A DNA stretch of 64,000 nt from Octopus sinensis (GCF_006345805.1 NC_043007.1:7936001-8000000), one strand, 5' to 3'. Shown: positions 13,590 through 26,796, counted from the stretch's first letter. The notes: generated by a model from the sequence alone, not told the origin. Program-made: numbers and translations.

Positions 13590-13700
13590 ACAAAAATACT
13601 GATGTTGAAATTCCAATGAAGGCGCCTTCGATGTAGGTTAGAAACCAGCTCTTTCTCTATTGACAAGAAATCTTGAAATAAAACTGAACAATGACTTACA
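13590..13700 (+). mobile_element. Isolated 3' UTR tip of the lineage-B LINE, inverted relative to 11363-11457
   Basis: Reverse complement aligns with 11363-11457; preceded by (CATA)n as in the first copy. Confidence 0.7.
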
Positions 13701-13745
13701 AATCAAATTTTATCCTTCATATTATATACATATATGATTCGTCTG

Positions 13746-13830
<85 letters not shown>

Positions 13831-14556
13831 GGGGATCAAGTAAATATATGTGTGTGTGTGTGTGTGCGAAAGAGACAGAGGCAGAAAGAGAAATGAGAAA
13901 TAAATATTTATGTTCACCCAGTACCTCTTCTATCTCATTAAGACTACCTGTTGTATAAGAAAAAAGACTTATAAACAAATTACATTATATATATATACCA
14001 TCAGCCGTAACATATTCCATACAGATAGCCCATTCTATAAAAGAGCATTGAGAAGATTGAGTCTTCGCGATAACCCGGTCTACGTCTAACTCTCCTCAAA
14101 TAGATTCTACTAATGCTAGAATAACAGAATTATGTTTCAATCCTCTAAGTAGTTTGAATGTGATTACATACACGTGTGTATGTGTGTGTGTGCGTGCGTA
14201 TATATACATATATATAAGGAAAATAAGAAAATGGAGATAAAATCGATAATTGATAAACTTCAATTATTATTTATTGATTACAAAAAAAGACATTATCTCA
14301 TTTAACAACTGTTTCTGTTCGCGCTATTTTGGGCATAACTAGGCTTAATTATAACAATTATAAGAATTATCACTGTCCATAATTATACCAACTTAAAATA
14401 GTGGGAACTTCATCAGAGCGGAAAAATAAAGAAAAAGAAAGAGAAAATAAGGATATACCAATCGATGTTACATGTTATCCCGGTGAAAACCTTTCTACCG
14501 ACAGAAAAATTTAGTTATTCAATTAGAATAGTTAATAATAGTTAGTGGGACATGCC

Positions 14557-14592
<36 letters not shown>

Positions 14593-14593
14593 T

Positions 14594-14922
14594 GCTGGAC
14601 TCAAGAGTCATCTTCGTAGTCATAAAGCGAGACCGATGAGTGACAACCTTGCCACTGATGGTGGTGTAACACACCATACTAATCATATTTGTCGGGCATG
14701 TGGAAGAGAGTGTAATTCGGCAGGGGGACTTAAACGACATGCAAAGGTACATGAAGCCCAGTTACAACTACAGCCGGCTATTACCAGTAATGGTTTTAGT
14801 TGCCAATTCTGTACAAGACATTGTAGATCTTTAGCTGGGCTAAAAAGTCACATTCGATCACAGCACCAGTAACAGTTAAGCTTCGTGCAATGGCCATACT
14901 CAATAACGAGGGGGCAGCCATC
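14594..14922 (+). mobile_element. 5'-truncated LINE 3' end (probably RTE clade) encoding 2.5 C2H2 zinc fingers
   Basis: CRACGRECNSAGGLKRHAKVH (Cx2Cx12Hx3H) and CQFCTRHCRSLAGLKSHIRSQH (Cx2Cx12Hx4H), stop at 14872, short 3' UTR ending ACGAGGGGGCAGCCATC, embedded in (ATGT)n on both sides. Confidence 0.6.
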
Positions 14923-16823
14923 ATGTATGTATATATGTATGTATGTATGTATGTGTGTATGCATGCATGTATGTATGTGCGACGGGCTTCTTCACAATTC
15001 CTGTGCACCAAATTCACTCACAAGTACAAGTTATTCTTCTGCCCAAGGCTATAACAAAGCACGTGCCCAAAGATACTGCAGTGGAACTGAACCCGACACC
15101 CTGTGATTACGAAGCGATTTATTTTACACAGCAATTGAAGTTAACACCTACTTAAAATGGATTTCTTAAAAATCTCCTTAGAAACAAATTCTGTCTTTTA
15201 TTTCTTCTTCCGGGGTCAAAGAATTCCTCCTGTTCCATCGTATTCAATTACTGCTTTCTATGTTTGTTTTAACTATGATTATAATTTGTGATTTTTAAGT
15301 TCATTCACAAACAAACACTCTCTATTCCTTCCAGTTATACAAGTTATGTCTACAGTTCGACTCCATCTTCCTATTAATTAGGCTTCATCTGCTCACCCGC
15401 GTTTAAACTAGATTTGTATTTTTATATCTTCAATATTATTTCTTAACTCTCACCTACAATGGTTAACTCGCTTGCTTCTACTCATCTAAAAACCAAATTT
15501 TCTTTACAATTCTTCACAAAAGATTAATATTCTTGTAAACAAAATCTTCACTTGTTAGCTTTGCATCCAATGGTTTTATTAAAATGCGTCTTACTCTTTT
15601 TTATCAATAACAGAAATTTTCCTCCGTCATATTTTCTAGTTTTTTCTTTCTTTAATAACTTCATTGGGACGCTTTTTTATATAGTTTTCTTTCGACGTTT
15701 AATAAATTCACGTAAAACAACGTTTTCTTTTTTTTTTCATCATAATATGCATAGAATTTATAACTCCACAATTTTACTCATTTATTTTTGTATTTTCCCG
15801 CTATTAACTTACTACTGTGATTGTTACACACACACACACAATTATATATACGCTACTGAATCTATATATATATACATGTATACATGCGTACATACATACA
15901 GGTATACATGTGTTTGTCTTTGTGCCTATGTATGATGTGTGTGTTTGTGTGTCTATGTATGTGTATGTGTCTGTGTGTCTCTGTATGTATGTATGTATGT
16001 ATGTATGTATGTATGTATGTATGTATGTATGTATGTATGTCATTTGTATGCTCTTTTCATTATATGAAGGTAAAGGTAGGAATCCATTATTCATAGCTGA
16101 ATGTTACAGAACTTACAAAGATAAGAATTACAAAGTATATATCTTCAGTTCTTGAACTCTAGATTTATTTTACTTCCCTAATATTTATAATTATCAGTAT
16201 TATTATTATTATTAATAATATTATTCTTGTCATTGTCAATGTAGTTCATTGAACTAATGAACACGTACTCGAGTGTTATACGCAAGATCTTTTTTTTTTT
16301 TTATATACCTTGAGATATTTTTTGCTATTATCCGGTTCTTTTGTTAAGTTAACCAGAACTCCGTCGGCCATTTGGTTCCTTTGTTTCTTGCTCCTGTTGA
16401 ACTAAGAAATTTCAAGAACTGAAAACTTTGTTTTTTCGAAAAATATTGATTTGAAAATGGTAGTATATTCTACAGCCAGAAAGTGGAATGAGAAGTGGTG
16501 GGGGATTTGGAGATGAAGGGGAGACCTACTTCTAAGGGCTTTCCCTGCCGTCTGTCCATGGTCAAGGATTCTCCTTCCTCAAAGACTTGAAAATTACACC
16601 ACAGTCACTATGGCGATGAGGGATAGCAACATCAACAATAACCACTGCTACTGCATGCTAAACAATGAGGATGACTTTCAATAGGCTATAGGGGACGACC
16701 ACACAAACACCAGTAACAACAACAGAAGAAGACTGAGAGAGCACTATCACATCCGCAACTTTCACTGCAGCTGCCTCACTCGTATGTGGTGAGGCCAACG
16801 ACGACACAAACAGAAATAATCAC

Positions 16824-19371
16824 CGGAGAAGGGACATTTGCCTTAAATGCCATAAATGCCTATATAATGCCATAAATGCCTCTATAATGCCATAAATGCC
16901 TCTATAATGCCATAAATGCCTCTATAATGCCATAAATGCCTATATAATGCCATAAATGCCTATATAATGCCATAAATGCATATATAATGCCATAAATGCC
17001 TATATAATGCCATAAATGCCTCTATAATGCCATAAATGCCTCTATAATGCCATAAATGCCTATATAATGCCATAAATGCCTCTATAATGCCATAAATGCC
17101 TATATAATGCCATAAATGACTCTATAATGCCATAAATGCCTATATAATGCCATAAATGCCTATATAATGCCATAAATGCCTATATAATGCCATAAATGCC
17201 TCTATAATGACATAAATGCCTCTATAATGCCATAAATGCCTATATAATGCCATAAATGCCTCTATAATGCCATAAATGCCTCTATAATGCCATAAATGCC
17301 TATATAATGCCATAAATGCCTCTATAATGCATAAATGCCTATATAATGCCAAAATGCCTCTATAATGCCATAAATGCTATATAATGCCATAAATGCCTCT
17401 ATAATGCCATAAATGCCTATATAATGCCATAAATGCTATATAATGCCATAAATGCCTCTATAATGCCATAAATGCCTATATAATGCCATAAATGCCTCTA
17501 TAATGCCATAAATGCCTATATAATGCCATAAATGCCTATATAATGCCATAAATGCCTATATAATGCCATAAATGCCTCTATAATGCCTGTTCTTTGATGG
17601 CCACCAATCATCAGGAAATGCATCCCGTTCTGTCGCTGTTTCTGTTCATCCGTCTTTATCGAATGCGGACCGTAATTTCAACCGGGATTTGTGCCGGATT
17701 ATTGATGCAGGTATACCAATATGGAAATTAACAAGTAAAAGTTTGAAATCAGTTTTTTGAGAAATACACTGAGAAAGTATTCCAAACGAAGCAACTCTTA
17801 GAAAATATGATGTTGACAAATATTACGTAGAAACTATGAACAATATCAGGGAATTTGGCGGAGAAAAGCAAATGTGGATTTCGATAGATGAAACCACTGA
17901 CTCGTTGGGGAGACATCTTGTGAAGGTTATTGTAGGTACTGTAGAAAAGTCCGATAGCCGTAGCATGCATTTACTAACATCAGAATTTCTTACTTCTGCT
18001 AATAGTTCTACTATCACTCAACTATTCACTTCTTCTTTAGCTTTGCTGTGGACTGGTGGTTTCAAATATGACAATGTGTTACTATTTGTGACAGATGCTG
18101 CGCCTTAAATGAAAAATGCTGCTAAAACATTACAGGTTCTGTTTCCTCGCATGATCCATGTTGTTTAATACATGGAGCGCAGAGAATTACCGAAGAAGTA
18201 CGCTTACCATTTTCAGATGTTGACAGGTTGATTGTAAATGGTGAAAAAATATTTTTTTTTAATCTCCATGTAGGTGTGAACTTTTCCGCGAACATGGCAC
18301 CAACACTGAGTTTACCTTCGCAACCCATTCTCACGAGATGGGGGACGTGGATAATCGCTGCTGTATATTATTCCTCAAATCTTGATACTCTAAAGGAAAT
18401 TTTTAATACATTAAACAGTGAAGAAACTTCCTTTACATGTATTGTCCAAGATTTGATTCGTAACTTCAGTATTCATAGCGATCTCCCCTTTATTGAAGCA
18501 CATTTTAAAACGCTACCACGAACTATAATAGCTTTAAAAAACCCGGAACATTTCTATGCTAGAAGTTCTATCTTCGTTTGACAGCACAATAGAAAAGGTG
18601 AGGAGTCCTCCCGGAGAGAGGGCGAGACACATGGGTAAAAAATGCCAAAAAGTGATTGACGCCTATACCGACCCACAACAGATTAAGGACATTGCAAACG
18701 TCCTTAAACAATATGTTGGAAAGCTCTCGTCGAGTGATATAACATCTATCAAACATGCACCTTTGACATCGGTCGAAGTTGAAAGGTCTTTTTCAAAGCT
18801 AAAACATCTGCTTTCAGATCGATCGTTGAATTTGACCTGTGAAAACCCCAAAAAGCTTATAGTGACATCTTGTAATAATACCCATAGCAACGGTTGTGAT
18901 GTATAAACGTTTTTGGCTACTGCTGTTTAACATTGTTTTGTTAATTCTATTATATTTCTATTTTAAGAAACAGTGTTCTCTTTTCTATATATATGCCTTA
19001 TTAAAACTTTTGTTTCATATGGATTATAAATTCCATAAACCAATAGTACAAAATTCTGTTACCTTATTTAACGTTGTAATAAATATTTTCAGTTTTGACT
19101 AATTTCATTATATTGCCTGTGTTATAAACATTTTCTACTGAAAAATAAGCAGGCTTAACCCCTGTTTCATGACCATATTTACAATTCCATCAGCACATCT
19201 CGTTAAACAATACTTCCTCTTCGGTACACAATACTAACGAAGTACCTTAAACTCCAACGTACCTTGTAACTTCTATGCTTACTTGTTAAAATCTCCTATT
19301 TGTTAGTGGCATAAATGCCTATTTTAGTGCCATACATGCCCCTTTTTAAGTGCCTTAATGTCCTGTCCTTA
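16824..19371 (+). mobile_element. Decayed hAT-superfamily DNA transposon with both ends
   Basis: Transposase pieces WISIDETTD, FVTDAAP, HVVxxxHG, PILTRWGTWI and APLTSVEVERSFSKLK (17660-18885, frameshifted). Candidate 8-bp TSD ATAATCAC (16816-16823) / ATAATGAC (19372-19379). Weak 15-bp TIR match, 9/15, sharing GGACATT. Confidence 0.8.
16851..17587. repeat. 20-bp minisatellite CATAAATGCCT(A/C)TATAATGC, about 37 units
   Basis: Direct inspection; two alternating variants and occasional 1-2 bp deletions. Confidence 0.95.
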
Positions 19372-20508
19372 ATAATGACAAAGCAACAAAACAGTATATG
19401 GCGACGAGAAAAGCACCCCGATCACTATAACAGTCAAGGGTGAAAAGAAATACTATTGTCACTAACACCGCTACCATCACCAAATGTGACCGCTCAAAGC
19501 ACTGACAGCACCAACAAATATTTCGCATGGGTTTCTACAAATATTGTCTAGGTTTCTAAAGGGGACAAGCATACGAATCTAAAAAATCGTACTGAACGGC
19601 TAATGAAAAATAGACAAATAACTGTGGATCCAGAAGTCTCGAAAAAGACGGCAAATGGAACAATAATTTACAGATGTATCGGTCAAAAACTAACGCGCGG
19701 AATTAGCCAGACACGTTCATATAGAAAGATGATTGCGAAGAGTCTGGGCATACATACATCACAAGGGTTCAGCAATTATGCATCCTCGAAGTACAATTCC
19801 TGAAAGAGATCTTTGTTGAAAATCATACCCTGATACCCGTAGGAATGAGCAATTTGTCTTCATTCCCACTTATCTTGGAAGATCAAATAGTTGTGTAACA
19901 TTATCTGGTGTACCACCGATGTCGAAGTTCTGGTGGATTGTAGCGTGCGTTGTACTGGAAGGAAGTATCGCTCTCTTAGACGTTAAAAAATGACAAGCGA
20001 TTGGTCCACGATAGAACTGAATATCTTACAACAGGTGAAACCGGAGCATCCGGAAAAGATCCCAGATTAATTCAACAGATTAATTGGAAAAATATCCCAT
20101 ATTAATTCGAACGTGTACGTTGCTATGTGTGCAGGGGATGTTTAAATATTTGTGACGTGCATACATCCACGAATATACGTGTATATGTGTGTACGCGTAC
20201 TAACAATAGTCCGAGAGGATGGACAGCAATTTGCAGCTTAACAATCCACACAAACAACAAATCATAGGACTAGCATGCTGTGATCTCTGAAACCTGATGG
20301 CTTTAGCTACACATCTCCTCTGTTCCCGGACACAATCGCAACACAAATGCTTCTTTAACTACGTTAAAACATATTTTCCTCCCTCTCGTACGTATAATTG
20401 AACACAGATCTTTTGTTAATAGATACTATAAGGCAGTCTAATATGAATACTGAAAGTTACTTGTAAAAGTTTTCTGAAGCTTCGGCGATGCAATATGATT
20501 ATAAAGTT

Positions 20509-20907
20509 AAGGCGGCGAGCTGGCAGAAACGATAGCACGCCGGGCGATATGATTTGCGGTGGTTCGTCTGTCTTTACGTTCTGAGTTCAAATTCCGCCGA
20601 GGTCGACTTTACCTTTCATCCTTTCGAGGTCGATAAATTAAGTACCAGTTACGCACTGGGGTCGATGTAATCGACTTAGTCCGTTTGTCTGTCCTTGTTT
20701 GTTCTCTCTGTGTTTAGCCCCTTGTGGGTAGTAAAGAAATAGGTATTTCGTCTGTTTTTACGTTCTGAGTTCAAATTCCGCCGAGGTCGACTTTACCTTT
20801 CATCCTTTCGGGGTCGATAAATCAAGTACCTGCTGCGTACTGGGTCGATGTAATCGACTGGCCCCACTCCCCAAAAATTTCGGGCTTTCTGCCTAGAGTA
20901 GAAAAGA
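20509..20907 (+). mobile_element. Dimeric Nin/Deu-domain SINE with 14-bp TSD
   Basis: Two tandem Nin domains after one head; TSD ATGATTATAAAGTT at 20495-20508 and 20908-20921. Confidence 0.9.
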
Positions 20908-21714
20908 ATGATTATAAAGTTTTCCTTATTTTCTTAATCTTTATCATTGTTAATGAAATACGTGTTAGATGGTTTAATTAAACATTTCATGAGCAAATCC
21001 TGCTACTTTGTTTTATTTTTCTGTGTATAGGAAGGAAGGAAGGAAGGAAGGATGGAAGGAAGGAAGGAAGGAACATTAATCATTGTCTAATATTGTTTTT
21101 TCTTCACCGCATATTCCTAATTAGTCTGTTAAAATTTCCTACATTAAATGTTATCAGTAAGCAAATCATTTCATTAAAACCTGCTAATTACCGACATCGG
21201 TTCGATTTTTATTATGGGAATTAAAATCCCTCTTAAATTACATCCTACTGTCATTTAAAAAAAAAGCGTTTAGGGAGAGCCAAAAAAGTGTAGTCTCCAA
21301 TACATAAAAAGAGAGGACGATCTTGGCGAGACGCTTTTGAGAATATGTCACGATTAGGGCGAACATGGGTTTATTGTTGACAGTAACTACAACAACAACA
21401 ACCTCATGAATAGTATATCAACAGATAATTAATTAACAGCTTGAGTTGTTTTAATATAAAGCATTAAATTTTTTATAGACCGATTTGAGACAGAACAAAA
21501 CAGCTATTGTCTTCATTTAGTTGTTATATTGTCTAATAATCTATATTTGCTACAAAATCTGTTTGATATATGTATACTTATTTTGAATATTAGAAGCAAT
21601 AAACGTTTTGTAAGTACCATAATTGCTTTTATATTTATTTCAACTCTTTATATCGTGGTAGTTCCTCCAGTTTCGATTCAGTATTGATGGTAATACTTAA
21701 GATGGCTGGACCTG

Positions 21715-22280
21715 TTATGGGATGGTGGATTGGCATTGTCGCCAGAACATCGTATAAAACGCTTTTGCGATATTTGTTCTGGCATTTTACATTCGGATTT
21801 CAAATACCACCGAGGTCAACTTTACGTTTCGGGGCTGAAAATTGTATCAGTCAAGAACTGGGGTTGATGATGTAGATTACTCCTTCTCCCTTCAAAATTG
21901 CTTCAAAAGTGCAAGTTGATAGAAGAGTTGCAGAGTCGGAAACATTGCTTTGCAGTATTTCTTCTGGCGTTTTACGTTCTGGGTTCAATTTCCGCCGAGG
22001 TCGGCTTTGCTTTTCTTCTTCACATGTTCTCAAGACCAATAAAATAAAGTTTCAATCAAGCAGTGGAATCGATCTAATCATCTAACCGTCTTCCCTCAAA
22101 ATTTCTTGCCTTTTTGCTGAATCAGAAACAATCATTACAAGTGATGCAACAAGACCGAATGATTTAGATGTTCGAGTCACGAGGTCACAGGTTCCATTCC
22201 ACTGCGTGACACTTTCGACCATAACCTCGATTTGACTCTAGCCTTGTGACTGAAACTGGGTAGGCAGAAGCTGTCACGCC
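21715..22280 (+). mobile_element. Old Nin-SINE copies followed by a diverged CORE-SINE head
   Basis: Degenerate family motifs (CCGAGGTCAACTTT, TTCCGCCGAGGTCGGCTTTGC, GGTTCCATTCCACTGCGTGAC). Confidence 0.55.
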
Positions 22281-22984
22281 CGTTCTGGTTAAGGGTTAAG
22301 TTAAGGGTACACCTTTCATAGAATACTCGTCCACTTGGCACATTAATTCAATGGAAATTGTTGGAGATCCATTTTTCTTTATTTTTCAACATGAAGCAAT
22401 AAATTGTCCTTTACAAAAATGACTTACGACTGGATGTTAAACGTTTTACATTTAATATGCATGAAGATATTCACAAAGATCAGCTTTATTAATCATGTAA
22501 TTAGTGAGGAAATTAAGTTATTGTCACGTTATCAAGGTATTAGTACAATAGTACTTACTTATCTTTTGTGTCACGCTCTACATATTATCTTCGAAACAAG
22601 CTTTTTTACTTACAATTTTTACTTACAATTTTTACTTACAATTTTTTACACAGAATAGTTCAGGTTAAAGGCGCCCAAAACCATAATCTTTCCATTAAAT
22701 TATTTTCAAACTATATCTCAAGGATCCCATCATTCAATGTATATTATTAAACCGGTAGGTTATTTGAGGGAGATTTTGGTGTTATTTCTTGTCAGTGGAG
22801 AGCTCACATACAATTTTCTTCGAGGAAGTGAATATCTGAACTTACACGGCAAATAACTATTGTAGATGTCTAGGTGTAGTGTAACGGAGTTCTACAAGAT
22901 ATTTTTGTTCGACGCACAAACGATTCTTTACTCTTCTGCCGATATACATGTGTATGTATATATGTGTGTATGCGTGTGTGTGTG

Positions 22985-23180
22985 TGTGTAGTTGAAATTT
23001 ACAGAGAAACAAAAGATGAAGACAGATGCATGAACAACAAACAGGTGTATTGGTTTGGCGCTCGGGAAAATGAAAAAGTCTTTTACGCTTCGAGCCTATG
23101 CTCCTCAACAGAAAGGAATAAGAGGAAATAAACAGAGAGAATAAAAAAAAACTTGTGGATTTAGAGATCAATCATGGCGA
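22985..23180. mobile_element. Penelope pLTR-like interspersed repeat
   Basis: Contains the decayed hammerhead-like core at 23081-23115; a similar, more decayed copy lies at ~46940-47100. Confidence 0.35.
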
Positions 23181-25137
23181 CGAATTATATATACACACAC
23201 ACATATATATATATATATGTGTGTGTGTGTCGTCAACGTGGTTTGAACTCGGTATGAGTGTCCATTGACAGAACTAAAGGCAAGAAAACAATTCGTCGGC
23301 CGCTCAACCGATTACATCACCCAACGTCTTTTAAAAGCTTCGCTACGATATGAATGACAGACATGAATGTTTGAAATAAGTTTTTCTTGCCAGACATGCG
23401 CATCTATTTGAACATTTGAAGACCTTCTAAAAAGACAAAAATAAATCCATTATTTTAATGCTTTATGTGTTTGGTTTAGAATTACAAGCGCTACTTACAA
23501 GAAGACAAATGCATCTGTCAGAAGTTACCGAGTAAAATGATAGTCGTATCTATCTATCGTAATATTTTCGCTGATTCGGTGGTGGGAGGCGGGTATTTCT
23601 TTCTTTTTTTACTTTAAAAACTGATGTTATTTTCTTGATTCGCAACGCAGTGGGCGTATGACATATTGCTAGTAATTCCCAGCAGGGATTATATTCACTC
23701 GCTAAGTTAACGCACTTGAAAAAGACATAAATACTAACAATTACTAGTTTTCTTTCTTGTATAATTCTAAGACCTGCTGATTATCAATAAATCATTATCT
23801 ACTCACCTTTGTGAGTTATTTGCGAGAAAAACATCTTCATTTAATTGTTTTGTATCCCTTCTGAGATAGCATAAGTATCTTTCTCACTCTTAGATCCGGT
23901 TCATTATCATATCCAGTTCTTCACTTTACATTTTGTAAAAAGTAAAGAAACGCAAGTCCCAAAAGGAGATTTTGTAGATAAAATCTCTCTCTGTGACATT
24001 TGTTAATGGGAATTCTGTGTCGTCGCATGCTATTAATATTTTAAGTGTTTGAAGGCGAGGAATTGACAGAAGCGATATAAAGATATTTTATTACGAATCT
24101 TAACATTTCGAGTTCAATATCACTGAGGTTAAATTTGATTTTACAACATTTTCGGGTCGATAAGATAAGTCTTGGTCAATACTAAGGGGATTCGAAATAA
24201 CCAATTGTTCCTTTCCCTTAAATTTGAAGCCTTGTACATAAGAATGGAATAGATACTTTCTCAGAAGGAATATCTTGGATTAACAATGTTTTCGGTATTA
24301 TAATCGCACAGTTGTTTCTATTTTCGCTTTTTTTATTATTAAAGGTGGTTGAAGGTGGTGAGCTGGCCAAATCGATAGTGCGTCGGACAACATGCTTAGC
24401 CGCATCTCATCCGCCTTTAGGTTCTGAGTTCGAATATCGCTGGGAATAATGTTGCCTTTCATTCTTTTGGGTTCCATAAAATAAATACCAACGCCAAAAG
24501 AAAGAAGACGAACGCCCAAAAGATATATGCAGGCGATTCGTTAGAGCATAATTCAACTTTCCAGATTCATTCTTCCAACCGTGGCGGAGATTCCGATACC
24601 AAATTACGACAGCCCCCACACTCTTACCTGTGACAATATCAATGAAATACAAAGGGCACTCTAGCGTCGTCACACCACTCTCTACCAACATAGAACGAAG
24701 GAGTTTTCATGTGCAAAGACATGGTCTCACCAGGCGTAAGGATGTCAAGTGATATTACAGGGAATTACAGGTACAACTCATTTTTGCTGGCTTGAGTGGA
24801 CTGAAGCTACGTGGCAGAAAGTGTCTTGCTCAAGGACACAACACGGCGCTAGGAATGGAATTCATGATCTTACGATGTGTGTGTGTGTGTGTATTTATAT
24901 ATATAGGAGAAAAGGTATGTTCAAAATAACAATTCAAACTTGTTGGGGGATCCAAAACGAGAGAAAAGGGGATTTCTAATAAGGATTGATCATATTCATA
25001 AAAATAAGCCAAAACAGGTAATAAGAATATAAAAATAATATATGAGGAGATTCGTTATAGGAATAAGAATATACCATAAACAAGTATAAAAAAAGTACTT
25101 GTTTATGGTATATTCTTATACCTATAACGAAGCTCTT

Positions 25138-25201
<64 letters not shown>

Positions 25202-25242
25202 GCTGGTTGAATAAGTTATTGACCAGAATTTCACCTGATATA

Positions 25243-26430
25243 TTAGGGTGGAGCGAAAAAGTTGCTTTTTACCCAGATTTTCGAAATATCTTTTTAAGAA
25301 TATTTTTGTTATTGCGAGTTGTTTTAGAAACAACTGTGTTAAAATATGAAGTTCTAAACTTTACATCTTCAGGCTCCGCAGCCCACTTGACAGTTTGAAT
25401 ACTGAGCGAAAAATTAATTTATAACACGTTTACCGTTCCATATTATATCTTTTAAATTCAGTCTAACGAATCAATTTTTGTTTTTAAAATTTTTGAAAAC
25501 AATGTTAAAATCTCATGCTCCAACATTTATACCTTCAAACTCAGCAATACACTTAAAAATTTGAAATTCTGTGAAATAAATAAACTTTTTGACTTTGTTT
25601 ATTATTTTTAATACTAGGTCACTGAATATATGTGTTATATGAAGTCTAGTTTACACACACATTAAAACAGATTAAACAAATTGTCAAGATTGTAGCAGAA
25701 AAGATAATTCTTCTTTGGCAAAAGGCATCCATTCCTTGGGTTACGACTGAGTCAGTTAAACCGAAAATCTTAAACTTTCCTTTGCTGACGTAAAAAGGGC
25801 GACAGTGATCCGACCGATTCTGTGTAATTAACCTCTGAACGTTCTGTTTAGATACTGCTTAATCTATTCCCCCAATGATCATTTATCGATTTGTCCGATG
25901 ATCCTGTAAAAACTCTTGTTCTCTCTGGGGTACTTTTGTTGTCTCTACTGCAACTGCAGTTTTTAATGGAGTTGCACTTGCAACAGGAAATGTCAAATAA
26001 ATCTTTTGCTGCATTGTTTTTAAACGCATAACACTTTGTTTGAAACGATGGCACCTTTTTTTCTATTTTTCACAGATTTTAGTCATGTCTGGTACTTTAG
26101 ATGGAAATGTTAGATTTTCGGTTTAACTGACTCAATCGTAAAACAAAGGAATGGGTGCCTTTTGCCAAAGAAGAATTGTCTTTCCTGCAACAATCTTGAC
26201 AATTTGTTTAATTGGAGGATCTTCTTAACTAATCCTTTTCTTTTGCTCGTTCGAATAAAACGCATTTTAGTACGTCCTTAAAACTCGCTCACTGAGATCA
26301 CATGGTGTACCAAATTTGGGCATTCGGTATCATGACGCATTATTGGTTTATGTGTCATTGTTAAATGCAAACAACTCTATATTTAACACGATCATAAATT
26401 TTAATACAATGGCCTAAAGTCAAAGTACAA
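25243..26430 (-). mobile_element. hATm-like DNA transposon remnant, rearranged
   Basis: Terminus-like TTAGGGTGGAGCG at 25243. Minus-strand peptides IKQIVKIVAGKTILLWQK and LFDISCCKCNSIKNCSCSRDNK resemble the N-terminal region of hATm-type transposases as I recall them; the family label needs checking. Confidence 0.55.
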
Positions 26431-26489
26431 AGCAGAAAGCTCCATACACGTACGACGTACCTCCACACACAATGACCGTTGCAGCGGCA

Positions 26490-26750
26490 CTGGAGACAAA
26501 GAAACAATTCCTATCATAGTAGGCGCATTAGGTATGATAAAAAAATAGACAAATACATAACAAAAACACCAGGACTAACAAGTATATATAAGATTCGGAA
26601 AATAGTATTTCTAGGCACTGTACACATCCTATGTAAAACACTTTCAATACAGTAACCATAAGAACATCACAGCAAACCACAGCACATACCCAAGGCACAC
26701 AGAGCTGCGCTCGGTAGTGCAGTGAAAGCACGTGATAAAAAATAAGGCTA

Positions 26751-26757
<7 letters not shown>
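26490..26757 (+). mobile_element. R4/Dong LINE 3' end followed by (TAA)n
   Basis: ETIPIIVGALGMIKK...YITKTPGLTSIYKIRKIVFLGTVHILCKTLSIQ*, then a 3' UTR and a long (AAT)n. Confidence 0.8.

Positions 26758-26796
<39 letters not shown>

Noticed and set aside
14552-14872. Host C2H2 zinc-finger gene
   Set aside because: The start lies within a microsatellite, there are no TGEKP-type linkers or clear splice acceptor, and the 3' end looks like a retroposon.
16851-17587. Regular 20-bp array as a CRISPR array
   Set aside because: Units are head-to-tail with no unique spacers, there are no cas genes, and the context is eukaryotic.
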